This document shows positions 11,346 to 20,000 of a stretch of 20,000 bases of DNA, one piece after another. The stretch's first letter is position 1, and every line of letters starts with the position of its first letter. Below the pieces are notes generated by a model that was not told where the DNA came from, did no database searches, and saw only the letters and a list, made by a program, of their open reading frames with translations. The position numbers were made by a program, and so were the translations under genes. This stretch comes from Pseudogymnoascus verrucosus (taxonomy: Eukaryota): the NCBI GenBank assembly GCA_001662655.1, contig KV460218.1, one strand, 5' to 3'.

Positions 11346-12046
11346 AGATCCCCAGACTACCATCAAAAAGGTAACTTAGAGCGTGATTTGCGTGGTGTGG
11401 TACATGTGAGTGGTGGTTGTCGTGGTGTTTTAGTGGTGTGGTAGAGGTATGGCCAGCGTATGTTCAACTGATCCTCGAGGTACCATCTGTGGTACTTTCC
11501 GGGATTGTAGTTTTCGTGCTTCTCCCAGCACTGTCGAGACACCACCCCCGAGTACCCTCATTATACCAACCCGCGTACTCCCCAACCTCACCGGCCATAC
11601 CCTACACATACCTGCTGCACAATCACAATCCCACATAATAATCATACTCTCAAACCTTCAATATATCTTCAATTCCTCCTCTTTAGGACTCACATTTTGT
11701 GTGTCGACACCCTCCCACCGCCCTTCCCTCTTCCCCCTTCCCATTCCGTGGCCCACTACTGGAGCTTTGCCGAAGGCGGATCCCCAGAAACAGGGGTCCA
11801 CGATCAACGACCTCTGCACCACACCCAACGTCCACACACGCACAACCTCTCCGACTCGATCCTCCTCTCTCTTTACCTCCCACCTCTCACCTCTCTCTCT
11901 CTCTCTCGTTCCCGCCTTCTTCACCTCTATCTCTCGTTGTTCTATTTCCTTGGGGAGAGATTGGACGTCTTCCGTTTGCGACGCCTGGCTCTCCAGGTTG
12001 TAAGGGCTCGCGGCAAGACAGTGTAGGAGTCTTTTTTTGTATAACT

Positions 12047-12203
12047 GTGAGTTGTCCCCTCCCCCAAACCCACCAACCTATCCCAGCACCATCTCCTCTT
12101 CTCCCTCCTCTCGCGCATTCTCCGCTCCCCTCGCAGCTCGCCCCAGCCTCACCGCGCCTCCCTCCCTGAACCCGAAAGAAGCTGACACATGTCCCGTGGC
12201 CAG
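12047..12203 (+). other. Probable 5'UTR intron of the Puf gene
   Basis: Donor GTGAGT 12047-12052, long pyrimidine-rich body, branch point GCTGAC 12181-12186 and acceptor CAG 12201-12203 (alternative TAG 12209-12211), ending 20 nt before ATG 12224. Confidence 0.65.
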
Positions 12204-12223
12204 TATTGTAGCAATTCCCCAGC

Positions 12224-15200
12224 ATGGCATTTTCGAACAGCACGAGCGAGCGGATGGACGAGCTGCGCTTCCGACAATCGGTGCGCGGCAGCATCAGTGG
12301 CGGCGTCAGCGGCAGTGAGCAGCCCCTCCTTGGCCTCGTGTCACCACCGCGCAATGGCGGCAGCCGTCTGCCTCCCCCGCTGTCCGCGTCGGCCTCGGCG
12401 CAGGACGGTCGCGGTTTCACGCTCACGAGGCGCTTCACAACGGACTCGGGGAGAGTGCCCACGCTGCACTCTATTACCGGACAGAGAGGAGTGCAGGATG
12501 GGCAGGAGTATGTGCCTTCGGTAAGCTGGTCCCTGTCCCTTGAGCGTGAGAGAGCGTGAGGAGTCGTGCGTGGTTGGGTGGTGGTTTCTTTATCCGATTG
12601 CGAGCTGCGGCTGGGGAGGGCTGCGGCTGGTGATGATCCCCGTCGCGGCTTGAATCGATTCCTGAGGCGCCTTTTTGCTAACTTCTGTTGTTTAGAACTA
12701 CCATAAAGTTCAGCTCGTAAGCTTCACCCACCGCGTTTTTCCCTTCAACTCCCACACAACAAAACATCCACATCCACTCCATACCTTCCACAAACACATT
12801 AGCTTTTGAATACTCTGCAGAGAACATCAATCTAGACTCACCACGTCTGTGCTGAGCTCTCCAGCTGACCCTCAACGTAGCTAGAGAAGAAGAAACTAGA
12901 ATACGAGCGTCTCCGCGAACAGAAACGCCGTTTTGAGGCTGAGATGCAAATCTTGGACCTCCAGCAGCGCCAAGAAGAACAAGAACTCCGACAGATGCAA
13001 GAGGACCTCGGGCGCCACCACAACTCGCACAACACCAACGGCGGCCACCAGTCCGAACCTACCACTCCCCCCGAATACCGCGAGACCAGCTCAGGCTTCC
13101 CGACAGTCTTCTCCCGCCCGAATCGTTACTCCACATCTAGCTTGACCTCGCCGATTGGAGGACTGTATAACCGTCCTGGCCGCTCTGCTAGCCAGCTTAC
13201 TTCGCCGCACAACGGATTGATTTCTTCGCGATACACCATGGATGAGAACGCTATCATCATGTCGAACTCCACGTCGAGACGCAATAGCGAGGATGATGAT
13301 AAAGAGCAGGCTGTGAGACAGGATCCGAGCAGCCACAGGTCTTCGAACCAGTAAGTTCACTTTCTTCTTACTTTGAATGCTGTTTGTTGTTGTGTTTTTG
13401 TCAGTTGCACCTTTGTGTTGTTCACTGGTGGGGTGGAAGTGGAACCTTAGCATTGTGGTTCTTTTGTTGAGAGGGGCCTCACATTGTGCTTGTTCTGAGG
13501 CCCCCTCCCCCTCATAGCCCTCAGGCAGCCGCTCGTCGATGCTATATCACCCTCCCCCTTTCAACTTTTCACATACTTGCCCGATCTTGATCACAACACC
13601 AACTTTCTACAATTGCTTTGGCTTTCTGCTGCAGACAACAGACAGCTACTTTTACACAACTTCACACAGACAATTATAGATCTTGCAAATCTTTATTTGA
13701 CTTGTTGCTATCGATCTTATACTTAACAATTCAGTTACAAAAACCAATATCACCACATCATAGAAGCTAACACCATGGCTAGCCACAACAGATACTCAAT
13801 GCCTGTGACCAAGTCACGCAATGGCATTCAGGATATGCTCTCGCTCGACCAGACCAACACCACCCGCTTCCTTTTCGGCGACGAGGATGCCGGAGGACCA
13901 ATGGACTCCAAGAACTACCTCCAGATGCACGCAACTGATGAGAACTTCCCGATCCTAGTTCGTGGAGAGCACCCCCAGAATGTAAGTCCCCTGATCGATC
14001 TACCACTGCAAACGGTGCTCACCGCCTCCTGCAGTTATCCACCTCATCCGCTGCCCTTGACCTAGCCTCTGGCCAATCCACCACCACGGAATCTACTGGC
14101 TGGTCGTCGTTTGGACGACACCGCGCGGGCCAACAGAGCTTGCCTACCAACCATATAAGCCAGACCTCCTCCAACCAGAACGGCAACTCCAGCACGATGA
14201 ACGGCTCTACTTCGCAGAGCTCGACCCCTCTTGAGTCGCCACTGAAGGTCCGCACCCCCAACCGTTACTCCCAGGATCTGAAGTACTTCGGCGATCAGGA
14301 CAAGTCCCAGGTGACCTCACCAACCAGCCAGGTCCAGATGACTCCTCCCAAGCTTCAGACCTCCTACTCCGCCAACGATGTGCCAACCATGAAGTCGAAC
14401 GGCGGCAACGCTGTTGGCAGCACCCCTCAAAAGACGCAGTCCCACGCTCAGCAGCACTTCCACAACCACAATGCCAGCTTGGGCCGCATTCCTCCCAACG
14501 CCGTCAACAACAGACAGGGTCGTGAGGTCAACAGTGGTGAATCTACTCCAGTCCGCGAGGCCACAAACGGCGGTTACCAGTCCATCCAGTCTGCACTCCA
14601 GGCCAGTGCTCCTCCATTCGGACCTTCCGTCACCCAGAGCTCTGTGCCTCTCAATCAGCCGGCTGTCACTCAGGCTGGAGCCAACCCATACGGCATGCAA
14701 TACTACAACAACCAGTACAACATGCCAATGATGGCTATGGCGATGCAGAACATGCAGATCGGACAGCAGGCATACCCCCAGAGTGCATATGGCGATTATG
14801 GAGTTCCACCGGCGTACCAGAACAATGCTCCACGTGATAGTCAGGCTAGGGTTATCCAACAGCGTCGCCAGAATGATGGTGAGGGTGAGTTTCAGTGTCC
14901 GATCTCGATCTCAAGTGATGTACTGACAATATTTTAGCTATGAACAGATTCGCCAATGTTGCCTTGGAGTCCCTTGGTGGTGAGATCTACAGTCTGTGCA
15001 AGGACCAGCATGGATGCCGCTTCCTCCAGAAGAAGCTCGAGGAGCGCAACGCCGAGCAGATCCACATGATCTGGCTTGAGACCAACCAGCACGTCGTAGA
15101 GCTGATGACCGATCCCTTCGGCAACTACCTCTGCCAGAAGCTACTGGAGTTCTGCAACGACGAAGAGCGCACCGTGCTCATCGAGAACGCCTCCCAGGAC

Positions 15201-16334
15201 CTTGTTCGCATTGCACTGAACCAGCACGGCACACGCGCCCTCCAGAAGATGATTGAGTTCATCTCCACCGCTGGCCAGATCCAGACCATCATCGAGGCCC
15301 TGCGCTACCAAGTCGTCGAGCTGATCCAGGACCTCAACGGCAACCACGTCATCCAGAAGTGCCTCAACAAGCTATCCCCACTCGACGCGCAGTTCATCTT
15401 CGACGCCGTCGGACGCCACTGCGTCGACGTCGGCACGCACCGCCACGGCTGCTGCGTCCTCCAGCGCTGCATCGACCACGCCAGCGGCGAGCAAAAGGCC
15501 TGGCTCATCCGCCAAATCTCCAACAACGCATTCACCCTCGTCCAAGACCCCTTCGGCAACTACGTCGTGCAATACATCCTCGACCTCAACGAGCCCGTCT
15601 TCACCGAGCCCCTCGTCGCCATGTTCGCCGGCCGCGTCGGCCAGCTCTCCCGCCAGAAGTTCTCCAGCAACGTCATCGAGAAGTGCCTCCGCTGCGCCCA
15701 GGAGCCAAGCAAGGACATGCTCATCGAGGAAATGCTCGCCACCCCCGCCGACCTCGAGCGTCTCCTCCGCGACTCCTTCGCAAACTACGTCGTACAGACT
15801 GCTCTCGACTACGCCAACCCGGCCATGAAAACCCGTCTCGTCGACGCAATCCGCCCCATCCTCCCACAGATCCGCACCACGCCCTACGGTCGCCGCATCC
15901 AAGCCAAGCTCCAAGGAGCTGAGGGCCGTCCAGCTATCGCCACCAATGGTTCCGCCACGGGCGCTGCGCAGACCACCGAGACGCCCGCGCAGCAGCAGCA
16001 GCTCCCCCTTCGTCAGCTGCACGCGCGCTCCCTGTCCAACGCTAGCGCAACGGCGTTTGCGAATGGCAATGCGGCTGGTGCATATGGAGCTGCGGGATTC
16101 GCGGCTTCTACCAGGGCGCCAGTTACGGTGTTCCCGAGCAGCACGCAGATTGCTACTGCTGGGATTTCGGCTCAGGGATATGCGGGGCCACCACCACCAC
16201 CGCAGCAGCAGCAGCAGGGTAATGGGTATCCATACGGTCGCGGCAATGGCGCGCAGGGTGCACAGGCTGCGCAGGTTGCTCAGCAGCCACAGCAGCAGCA
16301 GGGTGTTCAGCAGCAGCAGGGGAACTACTTCTAG
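12224..16334 (+). CDS. PUF4: Pumilio/PUF family RNA-binding protein, Puf4-type, about 1077 aa; exons 12224-12520, 12696-12716, 12881-13350, 13783-13981, 14035-14884, 14938-16334
   Basis: Eight Puf repeats in the last exon with recognition triplets CRQ, NYQ, TRQ, NHQ, CCQ, NYQ, SNE, NYQ; TRQ in repeat 3 and CCQ in repeat 5 fit the Puf4 clade rather than Puf3. Introns 12521-12695, 12717-12880, 13351-13782, 13982-14034 and 14885-14937 are all GT..AG with branch motifs and keep the frame (3234 nt). N-terminal coiled-coil LEKKKLEYERLREQKRRFEAEMQ. The Puf domain is certain; the 5' exons and the orthologue name are less so. Confidence 0.9.
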
Positions 16335-17188
16335 ATGTTCGGCTCCGGTGACTCAAATCAATCAAGATATCGACGATTTTCTTCTTCTTCTTCAGCAAAA
16401 AAAAAACTTGTAACGGTACGAGCGCACATGCATTACTCTCCCCGCCGCGGCCAATGACGACTTCGGTCTACTTTTTTTTTCAGTTCTCGGCGACCAGGGG
16501 GGTTTTTACATTATCACGATTTTCACGAACGAACGGACGGACGGACGAAAAAAGACATTGTTACACTAGTTCCCCTTACTACACTACTACCACACGAACC
16601 ACGCTCATCTTCGGAAAGCTCAGAGCGACAGACACAGCGGATAGAATTGGCTACATCCAACTTTCCCATTAGCCAGCCGCCCTCATTCGAGCTTCCTTCT
16701 CCTCCTCATTCTTCTGTACCATAACCTCTGCCGCCGCACCCACCCCTCGAGGAGAATCCGCTACAGCGCGCGCGCACATGCACAACCTTACCCACCTACC
16801 TACCAACCCGGTCTCTCAACAACGATAATGACCCTCACTGTACAACGGGGTGCCTTTACAACTTGGCCCTTTACCTCTTCGGTTCGAGAACGAAAAGAAA
16901 AATTAGAAACGGATATGGGACAGCACAGCGCGGCAAAGATGGCAGCGAAAGATTGGGGATGGGATGTTGTGGATTTGATGGGCGGTTGGTTCCAAATTAA
17001 AAACTACCACCATACACCACTCCACTACTACCGGCTCCCAAAATTATTTTCCTTGGTTCTATCTACTCTTTTCCTTTGGTATCTTCGTGGTTTTTTTCGC
17101 ATATTTTGTTGTTTTGTTAGTGAGATCTGTTTCCGGCGTGCAGAAGCTGCGGAATTACTTTTTCGATTTTGAGATATTGCGAGCATGA

Positions 17189-17305
17189 ATGGATGGATGG
17201 ATGGATGGATCTCTGGCTTTCCGATTCTTCGACATCGACCTCAGCAACCTCACCGTCACCGCGCGACACTACACCGCACAAGAACCGATGGATGGATGGA
17301 TGGAT
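17189..17305. repeat. Two (GGAT)n microsatellite tracts
   Basis: ATGGATGGATGGATGGATGGAT at 17189-17210 and GATGGATGGATGGATGGATC at about 17287-17305. Related GGAT/GGT-rich tract at about 17565-17598 and (GAGT)n at about 17650-17664. Confidence 0.85.
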
Positions 17306-18012
17306 CGTATTGGACTTCAGGATGCCCATTTCTGTCTTCCCTCCGAGAGGAGACACATTTTACAGCTGTTGTTTTAGCATTATTATGGATTACTACTCTT
17401 TTTTTTTCTCCTTCTTCTTCTACTCTTGTTCTTTGTTTTCCTGCTTTTGTTGTTTTTTTATCGCGCTGTTTTTTTGATGGGAGTGGGGGGCGATCTTTTA
17501 GGGGGGGTTGTATCTGTGATGATGTGATGGGGGAGGTGGGGTGACGCAGGGAGGGATGGGGGGGTGGATGGATAGGTGGATGGTGGATGGTGGATAGGGA
17601 GAGTGTACGTAGAATGAGAATTGAGAGGGTTTATGAATTTGAGTGTCTTGAGTGAGTGAGTGAGTGGTTTGTGTATTTGCTGAGCTTGTGGGTTTGTGTA
17701 TGTGTGGTGAGGTTTCTGTAATGCATCATCAACCATCCCCTGTCCTCCATTGCAATCAGCCTACAGGATATAAAGGAGGCAGTGTCAACAAGCCCCCTGC
17801 CATGCCATGAAGAAAGAGCTTCTTATAATCGTTTATACCTAAAGAGGCTTGGGTATCTCTGTCGGAAATAGTCGTCGAATACATTTTATAATATCGGTGA
17901 TGATATATCTATCTCGGGACTTAAAAATTAAAAAATTAAAAATATGAAAAAAATCAAATACTTCCATTTGATATCTTCTACTAATATTTATCAATGCAAG
18001 ACACAAAGAGAA

Positions 18013-19677
18013 TCAAGCCAATCTCACAAGCTTCTTACACGAACCTGCCTTCTCCCAAGCACCGCTATGAATTTGACCAACGGCCAGACGTACAAAATAG
18101 CCCTCTCTCCGCTCAACCAACATGACATTCAATGCCCAGTCCTCCGTGGGAACAAAGAAATTCGTATCAAACACCGCCCGATAGTACTCTTGGCTTCCCG
18201 GATACTCCGTCGGTAGACTATCCAAGCTAGCTTCTATATCTGCATCAGTTACAACGTCTTGATAGCAGCGTGAAAGGAGGATGAGCTCGTATTTTGAGAT
18301 ATCGCCGATGTTAACCTGCAACGACTCGTCCCCGGCGAGAGTGCCGCAATGATGGTTTTCTGTATCGTATATCCATATTTTGTTAAATGTTTCAAGCCAA
18401 CTCAGTGAGGAAACGGTATAGCCGCTGTCTTCGGGAAGTGTTTTCTCAGAGGAGATACAGAGTTTTCCGAGTTGGATTGCTTCTGCCCAGAAACGTATCA
18501 CGGGCACATCTGGAAGGGAATCTTCAGATATCCCATGATCTCTCGTAGTAATTTTCTCCGAAGAGAGAGATGTCAGAGAAGTTGCCGGAGGTTGATGGTC
18601 AAGAATATCATGTTCGGGGGTTAGATTTATGCTGCGCCACCCAGTCTTATCCTTGACTGCGAAATCTTCCACTTTACTCTTAAACCGAATATCTTTACCA
18701 GCATAGCTGCAATTCGCCAAGCGTCCCAATAAATGTTGCCTTCCCAAGCCGACCAGCACCAGCTAGGAAGTTTATCAAAACTAGACCCTTCTTCATCTGG
18801 ATTAAGCCTGAATCGCGGCCGACAACTAGCCATCGGCCGCCAAAGCAATGCTAAGCCAAATTCTTGTTCAGGAAGAGCGCTGATGAATTTCAATCCGTGG
18901 AGTTCTTGTAGCGCTGACATAATGCCAGAGAATGAGTTCAGTATATCGGAGTGGTATGAAAGCTGCCTCCCACAATATGATTTTACCAGTCCTTCATATA
19001 TATTGAAAACTGGGCTGTAGGCTGCATCTGTAGCCCAAACCTCTCGCTCTAATGGGTTTACGGCCCCAGAGGCAATCCTAGTGCTCCTTGAATACTCTCC
19101 GTAGATGTCCTCGCAACAAATGCAAGAACGACATTGGAAATGTATTTGAGCTTCGGTAAAGTACAACAGTCTCCGGGAGAGAATTCTTTCTTGAAACGTC
19201 CAAGCACGAGACTCCCAGCATGATGCATCGAGAAGTCCAGACAGTTCAGGGGATTTTGCAACCAGATTGAGGCCGTGAATAGTTTCGGAGTATTGAACGA
19301 CGGTTCGTAGAGTAGTGCCTATCCCAGGTAGGCCAGTGTTGGCATTGTCGCCTGCAAGAGCAACAATAGTCAAAGTCGCACAACCATAGATTTTATCCAT
19401 CTGAGAGATCTGAGTTTGCTTGTCCTCGCCATCTTGTACTATGCACAACGCATCCACCCAGAGATACTTCTCGCCGAATCCCGACACCACCTATCCTGCA
19501 TAAGGCGCAGTGTTTCCTCTTCAAGATGTCCTGGAATTCTCCTAACCTCACTGTTGCCACCCACGAATCTTGGAATAAGTATGGCCTTAAATCGATATCC
19601 CTACAGACAATGCATAATTCGTCTAGCTGCTGCTCCCCATCGTGCTGGTCCTCCAATAGCGTATGATTTTTCAACAT
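18013..19677 (-). pseudogene. Heterokaryon-incompatibility (HET, PF06985-like) domain protein gene, apparently disrupted
   Basis: HET motifs [33 protein letters not shown] and [20 protein letters not shown], followed by [26 protein letters not shown] and [10 protein letters not shown] typical Cys-rich leader (LCIVCRDID..LG..HCALCR, ATG 19677) and C-terminus (VMLVERR..RLAVGQIH..AW..VRLA*, stop 18013) are present, but the three parts lie in different frames with junctions at about 19491 and about 18710 and no room for an intron. Confidence 0.8.
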
Positions 19678-20000
19678 TGTTAAAGTCGAGATTCTAGGAC
19701 AAAGATTGTAAATGGTAATTCTCAAAATCGGTATTTGGCAATTTCTTTAATCTGGGAAGCGGGGATGTAAATTGTGTGTTGCCTAGTAATGGGCTAATTA
19801 GAGAATTCAATTAGGGCACGGAATGCCCAAGGCTGGCTGCAACGCCACGTAAGGACTTATCCCTGTAGGTACAGGATACGGCTTTTTAGAGAGACCCAAG
19901 GCAGATTTCGGAATCGACTAACCATTTCTCTTTTTTAAGCGCTCTTAGGTTATGTTATATATGTTCCGGCCCAACCGTCAGATCGGCCAGCTCGCGAGCT

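Noticed and set aside
8615..12169. Many 60-214 aa ORFs in the RPC2-Puf intergenic region
   Set aside because: They translate simple repeats and purine/pyrimidine tracts, and show no codon bias or domain motifs.
14317..16022. Minus-strand and alternative-frame ORFs over the Puf gene (14317-14859, 15372-16022, 15359-15922)
   Set aside because: Shadow ORFs of a GC3-rich coding sequence.
16335..16457. In-frame ATG right after the Puf TAG opening a 40-codon ORF (readthrough or reinitiation)
   Set aside because: UAG-AUG is not a known readthrough context, and the ORF crosses CTT and poly-A simple repeats typical of UTR sequence.
16870..16900. GGTTCGAGA B-box/tRNA-like motif
   Set aside because: No proper T-stem, A box or acceptor stem nearby.
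17921..17960. Repeated A-tracts (TTAAAAA-like)
   Set aside because: Adequately explained as the T-rich 3' flank of the minus-strand HET gene; no terminal repeats or transposon coding remnants.
19989..20000. Perfect 12-bp palindrome AGCTCGCGAGCT
   Set aside because: Palindromes of this length are expected by chance in 20 kb, and it lies at the window edge without context.

Overview
Eukaryotic DNA from a filamentous ascomycete (GT..AG spliceosomal introns with CTRAC/CTRAY branch points; a Leotiomycete/Pseudogymnoascus-like origin is only an impression). Four loci can be supported: (1) an intact 4-exon MFS sugar-porter gene (+, 1790-4029); (2) a convergent intact 4-exon RPC2 gene, the second-largest RNA polymerase III subunit (-, 8605-4715); (3) after about 3.6 kb of divergent, low-complexity intergenic DNA, a Puf4-type Pumilio RNA-binding protein gene with 6 coding exons (+, 12224-16334) and a probable 5'UTR intron; (4) an AT-richer HET-domain gene (-, 19677-18013) that looks broken by an internal deletion with frameshift and a second 1-nt frameshift. 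I found no tRNA, rRNA, transposon or CRISPR array and no convincing new multi-gene system. The most interesting signals are regulatory: a possible intron-internal start for a short Puf isoform, a uORF-containing 5'UTR intron, a CreA-site cluster before the transporter, a G-quadruplex motif directly after the RPC2 stop codon, and decay of the HET gene. All exon boundaries were derived by hand from splice signals and frame continuity and are not transcript-validated.
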